Position numbers and translations under genes: made by a program. A stretch of DNA of 64,000 nt from Octopus sinensis. Lineage: Eukaryota. Shown here piece by piece: positions 47,526-61,914 of this stretch. Position 1 is the first letter of the stretch. Every line of letters starts with the position of its first letter. The stretch lies in contig NC_043008.1 of NCBI RefSeq assembly GCF_006345805.1, forward strand, positions 23,498,001 through 23,562,000, given 5' to 3'. The notes under the pieces are model-generated. The model did no database searches, was not told where the DNA came from, and worked only from the letters and a program-made list of their open reading frames with translations.

Positions 47526-47890
47526 GTTAATTAATAACTAAAGGTGCTACAAGTGGTGCCAGCATGCTAAAATAGCAGCCTGAAGACGAATACAGCCACA
47601 AATTTTCACTGATACACATTAATTAGTTTCTATGACCCTTGGATCAGTAAGACTCGTTGAGGATAACTAAGTGACATTTTTACTAAGTTTGAAATCATGA
47701 CGATACGGGTATGTTTGGCTTTTCAATTTACGATTATTTGCGTTATTGGGACGAGGACTTAGAATTTCTGCTCATTGCATCGACATCAATCAATGCGTAT
47801 CAGTGAAAATTTGTGGTTGTAGTCGTCTTCTGGCTGATATTTTTAGCGTGCTAGTGCAACATGTTGCACCCCTAATTATCAATTAATAAC
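47526..47890. repeat. MITE-like or foldback element with ~100-bp diverged inverted arms
   Basis: 47526-47625 versus 47787-47890. Confidence 0.7.
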
Positions 47891-48039
47891 TTTTTACCTT
47901 ATGGTATTTACCTTGATGGATATTTACGCATGCTATACCACTTTCTATATGTTCGTGAGTGTGTGTGCAGATTTGTATGTTTTGTTTTATATATTTATTC
48001 TCATGCATATTGTTGCATATCTAGATATGCTCATACATA

Positions 48040-48165
48040 CTTAAATGATAAACTTCTGGAAAGTTTTACAAATTTTTACAGCTTCAGTGATGACTTGGAT
48101 CTGTAGTCTTCGAACCAGCTTTCTTCTTTCTGGTTTTGAGAACCCTAATTTCTCTAGACTGGTAT
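48040..48165 (-). mobile_element. R4/Dong-like LINE extreme 3' fragment
   Basis: SLEKLGFSKPERRKLVRRLQIQVITEAVKICKTFQKF*. Confidence 0.7.
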
Positions 48166-48344
48166 TTAGGCATGTATGTATGTATGTATGTATGTATGTA
48201 TGTATGTATGTATGTATGTATGTATGTATGCATGCATGCATGCATACAAGCAGGCATGCGTGTGTGTGTGCGTTTGTGTGTGTGTATGCATGTTCTCTTC
48301 TGATGTTAGTTATTTAAATTCTTCTCTGAGGAAGGAGCAAGATT

Positions 48345-48660
48345 CATCAAAAGCTGATGGTATGTGTTTGGTGGTCTGGCGCAGGTGTGACCCATTAGGA
48401 TTTCATTAAACCTGACTCGTCAATCATGGTCGAAATATGTTGCAGCCAACTGGACTAAATGATGCAGAAACTTACACAAAAATACCTAGATTAGTCAACA
48501 GATCCACTCCTATTTCATTGCAAGACAACGCCATGCAACACATCGCAAAAATGACATTGGAGAAACTACAGAAGTTGGAGTTGGAAGTATCATCTACCAT
48601 CCTCACATGATCATGCCCCCACTGACTACCACTTCTTCCAGAATTTGGATAACTTTTAAC
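48345..48660 (+). pseudogene. Mariner transposase catalytic fragment
   Basis: KLMVCVWWSGAGV; LQDNAMQH; APTDYHFFQNLDNF. Confidence 0.8.
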
Positions 48661-48732
48661 TGTAAAATTAAGAAATTTGATCTCCAGAGAATGATTTTCA
48701 GTTGTATGTATTTTAAATAGTAATGCATAGTC

Positions 48733-49860
48733 ATCTATTATAATAAAAACGAAATCTTGTCTGTTTCGGGTCCCTGTATCTCAGTCTACGTTTACTCTAT
48801 ATAGAAATATTATACTTTTTTGGAAACAGGATGACCTCGGGATTGGAAATCTGCCCTTTAAAAGAAAGCTAGCAAAAGAGTTAGCAGCCTGTTACATTTG
48901 AAATTATATGAAACCCCCTTTCAAACTTGCATCAACGTGCACATGTTGAGGGTAATTAGTTATCCAAATATGACCGAAATAGCGAAAGTATTACATTTAA
49001 AAGCATTTAGGTTGTTAGTTCTAAGAGGTAAAGCTTGGATGATTCGCACCATCTTGGTTGGGGTTTGTCAGATGACGTCGGAGATCAATGGGGAGATAAA
49101 TGACATTCTCTTCGTTAATTTTACGTCGAGATAAGAACTTTGGGACAAACTGGCCGACAATTGGAATTCAAATTGGGACTGGAACACTAGAACAATAGAA
49201 TGATTGCATTACATAACCAATTCTCATCCGTCCTTAATCTCTGATCAAATACCACCGGGGCATATAATCAATATAGACGTGTTATAGTCTTTCTACTTTT
49301 GGGCCGCAGGAGCTACCTTAAAACTCCACATGGAGTGGGACTTTTAAGCTAGTTATATAAAAATGATATATAAATGTAAATCTAGACAATTAATTACTAA
49401 AAGTTTTGAGGTGTAAATCAGCATAATTTTGCTGCTGTTCTTAAACATTTTCACTTTTTAAGTTTTGCTTTAAGTTCATAAAGCTGCATAAATGCAAATA
49501 TATTTAGTTGCAGTAATGGTGTGATTTTAAATTAAATTTTTTAAATTTTGCTAGTTGCTTTAGTAATGCATTCAGTTACAAATGGGAAATTACATTTACA
49601 TGTAATATTAATGCAAAACTCTTACTAAGGATTAAACATTGTCTTGCCAGATGCAGGTGCATGAATAGGTGACATTATGTGTTACCGAAGAGTGTAGGAC
49701 TAATCTTAGTGACGTCACAGATGATTTAAAAGAAAGTTAGCAATAGAGTTAGCAGCCTGTTACATTTGAAATTATATGAAAACCCTTTTCAAACTCGCAT
49801 TAGCGCTCGCCTGTTGAGGGTAATTAGGTATCCAAATATCAACGAAATAGCGAAAGTATC
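48733..49860 (+). mobile_element. Helitron-like non-coding element containing a 134-bp direct repeat
   Basis: Starts ATCTATTATAATAAAA; 48858-48991 repeated at 49726-49859; 3' end not found. Confidence 0.4.
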
Positions 49861-50969
49861 GCAAAAGGAAAGTGGTTGACTTGTAGAAAGAGTTTGAAAT
49901 GTTCTGAAAGAGACTTCTCTTTTATAAAGACTTTTTGCCTTGCATCACACTGGGCCCGCAGGAATATGAAATATAAGATCTAAAACGTACATGTATATGC
50001 AATAATTCACTTGCTGGGAGTTAAAGTTCGAGCAGTGCCCATAGCCATTACAGGTACTCCTAAAATGGAGAAACTGGTGCTTTTAATGTTACTCTTGACT
50101 AGGAAATGAACAAATCAAGACCCGCGGAAAAAAATATGAGCGAAGAGGTTGAAAATTCTGGAAAAGAAGGATTAAGTACGTAGGTTAATGCTTAGCTAGA
50201 GAGAAGGCCTTGGACAAAATAAGAGCGATGAATAGAAGAGAGGTGAGTTTGAGACTGGAGTATGTAAGTGGTGATGGTGGGGCATTCCTACCTGTTGCGG
50301 ATGTCAGTACGTGCAGCGACAGAATATTCTCAGATGCCACACCTGAACTATGTAAAGTGTCAATAATTACTGGAGATTGAAATATTTTTTTTTGGCCTGA
50401 AAACAAGGACGTTAGGAGCGGTCTTATCTATACAAAGGAAGTGTTTTCGCTAGGAGAGACCCTCTGTGATAGCGAGGGCTTGTATTTCGAACGATGGACG
50501 CCTTTAGGAATATTCACACAAGAGAAGATAATTGCCAAATAATGATATTTAAAAAAATGTCAAGCTTCAAAGTCTGATAATTGTGCAGTGAATATGAGTA
50601 AACAACACTGAACGATGGCATATATATACATACATGTATGTAACTGTACGTATAAACTTATACATGCACTCTTCCATATATACAGAACCATATGCATATA
50701 TATAACTGCACAGACATACATAAGCATATACACTGATATTGTTTTGTCCTTTAGTGTATTAGGCTAGCTGTTTCATAGTATCTATTATGATAACTATCAG
50801 TTTTACAATTTTTATAATTTTTATGTTCGTGTTTATCACAGTTCTTGGAAAAATTGCTAAACGCTAAAACAATTGAATTTTGTCCTGATTAATCTAAAGT
50901 GCACTTGTAACAACGTTTTCTCTCACATTACCACAACCATAAACTAATTTTTCTGAGGGTGTATATATA

Positions 50970-51026
<57 letters not shown>

Positions 51027-51194
51027 TATATGTGTGTGTGTGTGTGTATGAATATAAATATATATGTATGTATATACTTAGCTATGCAAGTAAGAATGTA
51101 AGAATAAGCATATATATATTTCTACAAATGTATGCGCATATACTTTTTATATCTATGAATCTCCTTTGACGACGTGCAGACATACATTAGCAAG

Positions 51195-51265
<71 letters not shown>

Positions 51266-51469
51266 TTGCATTTAATTGTTAGGCTGAAGGCCCGACGCTG
51301 GGGATTTTAAACTTATCTTGATTAAAGTTACTTAGAACTGCTGCGGGAACGAAATAACGAAATAACAATGAATCACTGAGATAAACACTTAAAACATGCG
51401 CATGCGCATACACACACATGCACCCCAAAATATATTCGCATACATACATGTATCTATATCTGTATGTAT

Positions 51470-51517
<48 letters not shown>

Positions 51518-51654
51518 ACACATTTATATACTGTATATATATATTTTATATATGGAACCTGTATACACAAGTCAGCTACCTATAAGAAATACGATTCAAT
51601 TAGTGGCTAAGTTGAAGTGATTTAGTCTCTCTACGACAGCAGCAGCACTACCAT

Positions 51655-51691
51655 CTCCTCCTCCATCTCCACCCGCCACCACCACCACCAC

Positions 51692-51732
<41 letters not shown>

Positions 51733-51760
51733 GCTACTGTTGCTGCTGCTGCTGCTGCTG
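51655..51760 (+). repeat. Compound (CAC)n(TAC)n(TGC)n repeat
   Basis: Direct inspection. Confidence 0.9.
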
Positions 51761-53269
51761 CTACACCTACTAGCAACAGGACCATGGCAGCCAAGAAATG
51801 GCTGAGAAAAGGATGAGAAATTGGATTAAAATGAAACGAATCTGTTCGCGAATGTAACATCAATAGGGAATTCAGATATTATTTCAAATGAAACAGATTC
51901 ATATCTTCACTTTCGTGCGTGAAAGAAGTGAGAAAATAGAAAAGATGATAAGGATAGTAAAACTACATATAAAAGAAAGAGCAAAAAGAACAACAGAGAG
52001 AACAATATATCGAACAGAACTAAGGATTCTAGCTGGAAATCTTCATTAGCGATGTTGTATGACCAAGATTGGTGAGAAGAGCTTAAAACTGTATTCAATG
52101 GAAACGTTTTCGAGAAGTTAAACTTATACTCAACAATTGTTAGTTGTCTATATTTCAGTTCTGTCTTTTTCTCATAGCAGTTAAGGTTTGCTTATGTTCT
52201 CAAAAATATTTTTCACTACACCAACATGTTGCTTTCTGAATGTGTGTAAATATCTTTTAATTGCATGATATTTAGTTTTAAACTGATTGCTTTTCTGTTG
52301 TATTTCTTGCACACTATTGTGTTCCATGCCATACAGAAACACAATATCTTACAAAAATGTTGAAGTAAATTCTTTTCAAACTCCTAAAACACCCAACTTT
52401 ATAACAGCTTACAAAATCTACACGAATATGGAAGGCACATCCGACACACTTAATATGAAGAAAAAATAGGTTTAGAAACCCCTCAACGATAACCCATCCC
52501 TACAATCATACATGAGTAAAGATAAAATAAGTCCAAATATAATTGATCAACACACACACACACCCACATACTCACACATACACTCACACACACTCACCCC
52601 ACAGAGTCAAACACACACACACACACACATGTTCTGTTGTTGGGAAACAAAAAAGACAAAATACGGGAAGCAAAGTAAGCATACAAAAAACGTCAACTCA
52701 CATACTTGTTACTATTGAGATTTAATAACAGAAAAAATCAGTTCAAAACAAAAACTAAGCATTTAAAAGGAAAAAAGTATCCAAAGAGAAAGCTGCAGAT
52801 TGGAGTAGCGAAAAATCATTTTGAAGACATAAACCTATATCAATTGCTTTGCAGAGAGAAGTAAAATATAGACAAGAAACAAATGGTGTGTGTTTATTAA
52901 TTTTGATTCTTCCTGAATACAACAATATTGGTCTCAATACTCGTTTCAGATCAAAAACATTGTGAAAGGAATACAAAATTTAAAAAACAATAACAGTTTT
53001 ATAAGCGATTAAAAAGATTGAAACAAATTTCTATTATAAAATAATTTACAATCTTGTATTACAAATCATTCAGGGAAAGATTTTATTCCATCGTAAGTAT
53101 GTTGCAAAACTGGACTTCAGTAACTCATTGGGGTGCAGCAGTGACAATAGTTGTTCGGTATGTATGGTAGCGGGAAATATGCTCTCGTATGCATCGGACT
53201 ACTGACCCTGCAGATAACTCTCTCGCTGAAGCGAGCATGTAGTCTAATCGCTAGAGGTTGGATGCTAGC

Positions 53270-55830
53270 TAAGCTAAAAAGATGACCATGGCCTGCCCAC
53301 CAAGCCAGCGGTGTGGCTTCATTTGAGAGCTACAACAATGCAAGAAAATTGGCCTCATTTCCTGAAAATCAGTTGGACCGCCCCATGGCGGAGGAATGAA
53401 ACCCGAGTGACCAGAGGCTGCTAAGAATCTCAGGCATTCATAGGCCAACAAGGTGTCGAATAACAACTGGTACGTATAGCTTTAGGTCTTTACTAAAGAG
53501 AACCAGAATGGCTCATCAAAGGAAGGAGAAAAAGAAGATAAATGCGATGTGCTATGACTACGAAACAAGTTGAAGGAAATAAATAAATGGAGTGGCGGGA
53601 AACTAGTAAAAGCATAAAGTGTGAAAGCAATAAGTGGTACAGGGTTCGTGGTAAGCAAAGACTGGGCATCGAAAATCGTTTGCTGCCAGTTGTTTTCTTC
53701 ACTCATCGGAGTGCTAGCCGGCTGCCTCTCAAGAAATGCCATCTTGAAAACCATCCAGACTTATATTTCTACAAATGCTTGCGATGACGATGATGTGAAA
53801 GAATCTATCAAGAGTTAGAAAAATCTCTAGCTTACAAAACCAGATACCATAGCGATGGGAGATTTCAACGCAAATATTAGAAGAGGAGGGCAGGAGGAGA
53901 AATACGTTTGAAAGTTTGGATCGAGGGAGAGAAAAAAGGAGAATGTTTGGCTACCATGGCAAAGTCCAAAAAGTTTTATGTTGGAACAGGCCTATTCTGG
54001 AAGCTATCCAGGAAATGGACCTCGATAACTACAAGCGCACAGTATAAAAAGAAATTGACAACATCCTTGTCGACGAACGGCATATACAGTAGGACATCTC
54101 GATAATAGAGATAATTGCTTGCTATAGGCAACAATTGCGATCAACGAAATAATAGAGAAGGCTCTGCAGATCTCAATGAAGGAACAGCGTGTCGAGTGAG
54201 CTTGAAGAGGTTGATGAAAGCTACAATTTACTAGTCAAGAAAATTAAGCTGCATGTGGAAGACATGAACTGCAAACCAACAGGAACCCAACAGAAGAATC
54301 TCGGGTGAGACGAAGAACATTCTTGAGAAACGGAATACTACGAAGAACTTGAAAGATCATCTCGAATATTTCATTCTCTGCAAAACGGTCAGGCAACAGC
54401 TGGAAAATGACTTCGAGAATTATAAATTGAACCTGAGGCAGATTGCAAAAGAAACGCTTCTATATGTGTTGCAGAGAGATGGCACTCTATTGGTCAGAGA
54501 TTACTGTGCTTAGAACAAGGACGGGCTCACGGTTACAGACAAAGGGGATATGGAAGATGCATGCAAAACCTACACCAACCTTTGTAAATCATCAGTAAAG
54601 CTCGATCCTCTACCGTCATAAATGCTGGATGACAAAAGCAGACAAAGCTCTAGGAAGAGATGGCATAACAATACTGATGTTAAAGTGCGGAACTGAAGAG
54701 ATATGCAAATTCCTTTTTCTACGCTTCAAAAGCTGTCTGAACAAAGGTAAAATATCTTGTGAAAATCATTTGAATATCATTTTACTTTGAGAAACTATCT
54801 CACTATATGTCTCATGCCTCACCTTTATAAGAGTCATAGTGATCTGACTATCGAAACATTTTGATGACCAGCAAATGGGGGAACAAGCACGTTTATGTAA
54901 GAGTTACAATACGACGAATCACGTATTCACTCTAACAACTTAGAGAACGAGTGAAATAATATAAGTTGCCTATATGTATAGTTTTCTTTGATTATGAGAA
55001 GCCTTCGGTAGCGTCTAGATACAAGCAGTGCTGAAATCTCTGGAAATGCAAGGCACGATACACCCAGTTGCTCAGGGATATAAACACTAGATACCGGGTG
55101 TCAAACAAGGAAACAGTGTTTCACCAAACCTTTTCCCCCACATGTCTAGAAATGGTCATTAGAGATACTGACTGGACAGGTGGCGTAAACATCAACGATA
55201 AGCTACTAACACATCGTTTCGAAGATGACATCGTACTCCTCGGTGACAGAGCTGAACACTCATGCTCAGCAGTAAGCCTTGAAAGAAACCACATGAAACA
55301 AAATAGATACGGCCCGAAAAGGCAGCACAAGACCAAAGAGAAGTAGGAAACAACGAAATAGTGGAGGCTGAGGAATACGTCTGCTTAGAGCACACAGTGA
55401 ATATGTACCAAGGCATGGAAGCTGAAATCTCAAATTGAATTAGGGCAGTAAAGGATGTGTTCAAAGTAATGCTGGAGAAGACCATACGTACTAGACTCTT
55501 CAATAGCATTGTTCTACCTGTGCCGTAATACGTAAATGAGACGTAGCTACTATGAAGAAAGAAGAACATCGATTGGCTACGATGCAAAGGACCATGGAAA
55601 GATCTCTGCGAGGAATATCATTCGAAATGAGCTTATTCGAGATCGTGATCACCAAATCCCGAAAGCACAAGTTTCGCTGTGACAAACAACAGGTGGACCT
55701 GTGCAGTTGCTTAGTTGTATCCAAGGGATCAGAGAAGGCCATTCGGAAGGTCTTTAAGATGGTAGGAAAACCATTTAGTTAACAATTTAGGTCAAGATGG
55801 AAAAAAATAGAGAATCAAGTAAGAATTGGA
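53270..55830 (+). mobile_element. Heavily decayed near-full-length RTE-clade LINE
   Basis: APE remnants (AMGDFNA, KKEID.IL), RT (FDYEK.FGSV, VKQG.SVSP.LF, HRFEDDIVLL), C-terminus (LFNSIVLP, RLATMQRTMERSLRGIS). Confidence 0.75.
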
Positions 55831-58800
55831 AGCGCATTATGACCAGCAATATATAAAACAACATTTAATAGTCTGGGCGATACACTGATACAGTGATTAG
55901 CATGTCACATTACTTAAACTTCTGATGTTGCATTTGCATGCAATATTTTTTTAGTAATATCATCTGTTAATTCGTTTTAGACTTTCCTTATGAACTCGAA
56001 AAAGAATTTTTTTCTATCGGAAATGATTGCGAAGTCAACGATGTTTAAGTTATAGATATTTCTTTGCAATGAAATATAACAGACTGCTTATAGACATATT
56101 AACAAATAATAAGCAATTATTATTCGACAAAATGATTTACACTTAGGATAAAACCACAAGTACCAATAAGAAATTATCTAATTTCCCATTTTCATTTATT
56201 TTCGAAGATCATAGTCGACTAACCGAATTTTCACTTCCTTAGAAGTGGTGTTCTTTTCTTTTGAGCAAAGTTTTAGAATCAATATTTCAAATGAATTCGA
56301 TTTTCGTGCTAAGTCAAGTTAGAGTTAACAGACGACTATTTGATACGCTTCTTTTGAGATCGTTCTTTATCAGTTTAAGCTTACTACCACCACTGAGGTA
56401 ATAGAAATTGTGTGGAAAATTTCGAAATGATATAGACAGATTTGTAATAATGTTATCCAGACTACAGTTACGTATTTTGTTGCTTGCTTTTGCTTACTTG
56501 AAGAATGCGATAGAGACAGCGGATATGAAAGGATTCGAGGAGTTTGACATGACGACGATAAAGTGTCCAGGTTTCTGAGGCACACAGAAGCGTAGAAACC
56601 ACAACAGCTCGATAAACCGCACGGAGTTTTCGTAAATTTCTGGACATGGTAACTTGTGGTCAAAAGACTTTCCGATGTTGACCGATATTTCTAGAAGAAT
56701 AAAAAGGTATATATTTTTTGTAGTTCATCTCTTCTCCAAAGCAAAAATCATCAATGATACAGAAAACAGATTTCCAAATGAAGGATTCTTCATACACATC
56801 GAAAATCTGTGACAGACTTATAAAAATGTCTTTCTCTATTTGTAATTTCAGTTTGTAGACTTGACAACTTGTTTTCATTCTGTCATCAACGACAAGTTGA
56901 TTTTGTTCGCATTAGTATCAACAGGAAATGTTATAGGTATTAATGAATGGGGAAATGTTGAACTACATCGATGACATGAGTATCTGAAAGTGAACTTGTT
57001 ACTTAATTACTGAACTTTGGCGACAAATTAAGTTTCAGGACTCTTTTAGGACTAATTTAATACTACGGAGATTTTGAGGCAAATGACTTCAAGCAATAAA
57101 TTCTGGCTGACTACTGAACAGTTGATGCACAATGCAATTACTTGGATTCTTCTAAATGCTTATCACACATATTCAAAGTATGAAATCTACTCTTTAAGGA
57201 AAGAGAAGAATTTCATTAATTCACATAATTTAAACTGCTTTTGTATCTAGTTGCGATTTTTTTCACCAATATCCTATCTTTGACACCTGAAATCTTCCAA
57301 AAGAAGAAAAAAGAAAAAAAAAACCCTCAGAAATCTCTTGAATTAAATAATATCACTATGTATACTCTAGAGGTAAAATATGAAAAATGTTGTCTTGTTC
57401 GGTTTGTGGAGAATCAGGCGTTACGTCAACTACCATTGAATAATATAATACCTTTGATATTTTAGAAATATCTGTTTCAAAGCAAGCTCAGAGCCACTCC
57501 ACCCATCCCACAAAAAAAAAAAAAAAACAACGACAAAACAACAGCAGTAAAAATCAACAACAGAAAAGAAAAAAGATTAATTTTATTCATCTGATATATA
57601 AAGTATGCTATATTTTTGCTTTTCGTTCCTAATCTTGATTCGGGTATCAAATGCAAGAACGCAAAGAGATAAAAGCTTAACACGTCCAAGGATTTACTAT
57701 TGTGAACATCGGATAAGAGATATGAAAACTAATTCTTTTTACCCCAAAATAAATAACAATTGGATCACGAATAATTTTTGTATTTATACAGTATATATGT
57801 TCCATACACCCGTTTGAAGGAATTTATGCATGAACTTAAAATTTCCATTTTCTATGGTAGATCATACATTCTCTGTCGTCAAAGCTGATGCACTAGTACC
57901 AACATTTCAAAACACAGGCAACAGAAATGGATGTTCTACCATAGAAGATGTTGGTGACCAAACGTGGCTCACTCTTGATGCTCTTAAATAACTTAACCCC
58001 AAATTCTTTCTTTTTCAAACATGTTTTTCTCTATAGACTGCTGAATAAGCTGCTCACTATCGCTTGGAAATATTTTGATGAAGAATGTAATTTTCAAACA
58101 CCTTTTTCAATGGTCTGTCCAGTTCTTTGTTAAATTATAAATACATCACGTATGTCCTCGACATGTTCTTTTTCAGGATATGGCTTTAAGTTAACTGTAT
58201 CCTATTATTTTCAGGTGTGATGTTTTGGGGCACTGAAGATAGTTTAACTTTAGTTTAGATGAAATCGTTTTGTTATTCGGCTTGTCCTTGAACAGAATCA
58301 CATCATGTTCTGGAAGTAATACCCATATTGAATATTAACCTCTGACCTTTGTTTTGTCGTTCAGCTATTACCTTTCTTTCACTTCGCTATTTTTGTACCA
58401 TAGACCTCTGCTTAAGCATTGCGCTGATATGATTTAAATATAAATTATTGTTGACCAATATTAGTTATCAGTTTAACAAGGAAACATTCTATTATGAATA
58501 CGCATTAGTTTCCTCAGGGGACATGATGTATTGTCACTAATGGAATGTGTGTGTGAGATAGATAACTGAGTGGGAAAAGCGCGCGCGAGAGTGGAAGAGA
58601 GGGAGACAGAGAGAGAAAATGAGAGTGTGTACGCATGCGTTGGTCTGCACGCACGCACGCACACACACACACGCACACACACACACACACACACACAGAC
58701 ACACACGCAGTGGTGCTCAAGCATGATGTCTTCTTTGAATGTGTCCACCACAAATGATACTACTACAAGGGCCTTAGAATAATATCCATGCAAATATTAA

Positions 58801-58978
58801 AAACGATATATTCAGAACAGTCACTGCCCATGAATTTATTCAGAACTATTTCAGTCACTACTATTACAAACACAACAAACACTACTATTACAAACACACT
58901 TGACCATTTAAGAGGATTCCACCAACATCCTACTACTGTCATACCACTCACGCACTTTTTTTCTCTTCCTACTCCCTA

Positions 58979-59090
58979 TTCTTCTTCTTCTTCTTCTTCT
59001 TCTTCTTCTTCTTCTTCTTCTTCTCTTCTTCTTCTTCTTCTTCTTCTCTTCTTCTTCTTCTTCTTCTTCTTCTTTTTTGTCTTCTTCTTC
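58979..59090 (+). repeat. (TTC)n microsatellite
   Basis: Direct inspection. Confidence 0.95.
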
Positions 59091-59495
59091 CTCGGCTACT
59101 ACGGCTGCTTAAACAATCAACACCAAGAACTCATATAAAATATTCTTTTAAGTCTGCTACCACCTACTCCATGCTACCAAGCCTTCACAAGAGTAAAAAA
59201 GGGAGAGAAAAACAGACAGAAAAAAAAGAAAATATCCTTTGTATTTGAAAACAATGGAAACATTAAAAAAAAATATTTCATTTAATTTTTTCCACAATTT
59301 AATTATTTTTCATGCATTACTCTAAATTGAAAAAGTCGCAAAGACTGAAAACGGTACTAAAATGTTCTTCATAATAAAATTATTTTAGCATTTTCTATCT
59401 TGTCTTATCTTCCTTATACATATCAACTCATGTGTTCCTTTTCAACCTTCTACATATGTATATATGTAGAAGGTTGAAAAGGAACACATACACAG

Positions 59496-59527
<32 letters not shown>

Positions 59528-59545
59528 ACACACACAGACAGACAG

Positions 59546-59576
<31 letters not shown>

Positions 59577-59706
59577 TGCATACATACATGCATACCCACA
59601 CGCACGTATAGCCGATTTCTTTGAAACCATCTTACATTTCTAGAGTTCCGTTACTACATGGGTTTCTGTATATATATATGCTTATATATCCGTTTTTGTT
59701 ATAATA

Positions 59707-60980
59707 TTGGGTTGTCCGGAAAGTTCGTGCCGATTTTTAAAGGAAAGAAAAAGGTCAATAAATACTTGCCATTACATTTTTAATCAACCAGATATGAACC
59801 ATTTTGATGCACAATGCGTCTCCATCTTTCCTTTAACTTGAAAATACCCTCTTCCCAGAATTTAGGTGGTTTCATGGCAAAGAATTCATCAAGGTATCTT
59901 TTTACGTCATCCAAGGAATTGAAATTTTTACCATTAAGACTATTCTGCAGTGGAAATCCGAAGGAGCAATATCTGGTTAATATGGAGGGTAGGGTAACAC
60001 ATCCCAGCTGAGCTGCAGCAATTTTGTCTGGTTCCCAAAGAAACGTGCTGTCTTGCATTATCATGTTGGAAAACAACACCCTTCTTGTTGGCCAATTCTG
60101 GATGTTTCTCTTGAATTACTACTTTTAACTCGTCCAGTTGTGTGCAATATTTTTCAGAATTGATTGTCTGGTTACTTGGGAGAAGCTCATAGTACAGAAT
60201 TCCTTTCCAATCCCACCAGACACAAAGCAAGACGTTTTTAGGGAGAAGACCCGCTTTTGGGGTGGCTAAGGGTGGCTCATGTCACTTACTCCGGGATTGC
60301 TTTCTCTGAACATTTCGGTAGATAATCCATTTCTCATCACCATGTCACAATTTGCTTTAGAAAAGGCACGTTTTCATTCCGTTTATAAAGCGAATCACAG
60401 ATGGAAATGCGATCCAAAAGATTCTTCTCACTCAACTCATATGGTACCCAAACATCGTAGCGATTTGTGTACCCAAGCTTTACTAGGTGCTCATGAACGA
60501 CGGATTTTGAAAGGTTGAGGCTTTCTGCCAATTCTCGGGTTGCAATGTGGGTTGTTCTCAATTAATGACTTGATTTGGTCATCATTTGTAGTGGATGGTC
60601 TTCCTGATCTCTTTTTATCAATAAGACTATAATCTCCAGCTCGGAACCTTGCGAACCACTTTCGTACAGTTCTTTCGGATAAAAAAAAAAAACATCACCA
60701 TAAACTGCGCATATGTCTTTGGTTACTTGTGAGGCATTTTTCCCTTTACGGAAAAAGAAAAGCATCAAGTGCCGAAAATGAACTTTCTTATCTTCCATTT
60801 TAAAGGGTTACAGAATTAACTCAGGTTATAGGAACATAAACCTTCTTCCAAGAAAAGATAGTTTAAACTGTGCTCTAAATGGAGGTGTAGTCAAATCCTA
60901 TTTTATGGACTCAACCATGTTCTAAAATAAGTCGAAAGGTAAGCTTCTATAAATCGGCACAAAATTTCCGGCCAACCCAA
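59707..60980 (-). mobile_element. Mariner DNA transposon, mellifera-like family
   Basis: TIRs TTGGGTTG(T/G)CCGGAAA..GTGCCGATTT, TA duplication, 1274 bp. Confidence 0.93.
59780..60798 (-). pseudogene. Mariner transposase, multiple frameshifts
   Basis: MEDKKVHFRHLMLFFFRKGKNA; WVPYELSEKN; LCVWWDWKGILYYELL; FQHDNARQH; LQNSLNGKNF. Confidence 0.92.
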
Positions 60981-61708
60981 TACGTATGTATATTTTCAGT
61001 GTGCGCAATGATGCATATATGCTTAGTGCGTATTTGAGTTTGTTATGGTGTGTTTGTGTTTGTAGATGTTTTGGGGTGTGTGTGCCCTTCTGTATGTGTG
61101 TGAACTCCCATAACCTAATTATAATTTCTGCAAATTTTCTTTTCTTTTTTTTTCCATCTTACTTCCCAGAATGTTCCCATTCTCCCCTTCTTTCTTTTCT
61201 TTTCATGAATTTTTTTATATTTACAATTTTCCCGTTCCTCTCCCTCTCTCTCCCTCTCTCTCTTTGCTTTGTTTTATCCTTCCTTTCTTTCCCCCTCCCA
61301 GTCTTTCTATACAACTTCTCTCACAATATATAGTTCGTTTCGATAACGACATTTTAAGTTATTACGTCCCTTGTTCGTATATATTTTGTGAATGAACAGT
61401 AACGTATATGTGCTTAAGTAAGTATGTGTATGTAAATACAATTATGTGTTTCGGGTCTATCGATGTTCTTGTGTATGTATATGATCGTGTGTTTATGCAT
61501 ATAAGTATGTGATCGTAAAAGTATACTTTAGCATTAGAATGTTTCTATATTGTACCCATGAGAATATATACGAGCATATGTATAGATATATATGCGTATG
61601 TCTTAGTATATTTCTGCCTATGTATGTATGTATTTGAATATAGATATATATGTTTGTGTGTATGTATGTGTATATATTTATGTATATGTTTATATATAAT
61701 ATATGATA

Positions 61709-61914
61709 AGGTGGCTAGGAAGTTCACACCTTTACAGACCAGTATAAAGCCTATTTCTGAAATGTTCATTGCATTGCTCTTGTGTATCGTTATCGTAATT
61801 TTATGGTGGTTTTTGGAGCAATGGTTCTGATTATAGCAACCGGTATTATATACCCTACCTAATCTTAAATTACTTTATATTGTGCCTGCAAAGGTGTGAA
61901 CTTGCTAGCCACCT
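61709..61914. mobile_element. MITE, 206 bp, 29-bp TIRs, TA flanks
   Basis: AGGTGGCTAGGAAGTTCACACCTTTACAG versus CTGCAAAGGTGTGAACTTGCTAGCCACCT. Confidence 0.75.

Noticed and set aside
50185-50520. GC-richer coding-looking stretch (LDKIRAMNRREVSLRLEYVSG..)
   Set aside because: Short, interrupted by stops, no recognisable domain; probably an old TE fragment.
53200-53480. HDV-like ribozyme at the RTE 5' end
   Set aside because: Plausible from family knowledge, but I could not resolve the nested double pseudoknot by eye.
56330-58400. Possible host exons or DNA transposase remnants
   Set aside because: No sustained reading frame or motif I can recognise; would need tBLASTn or RNA-seq.
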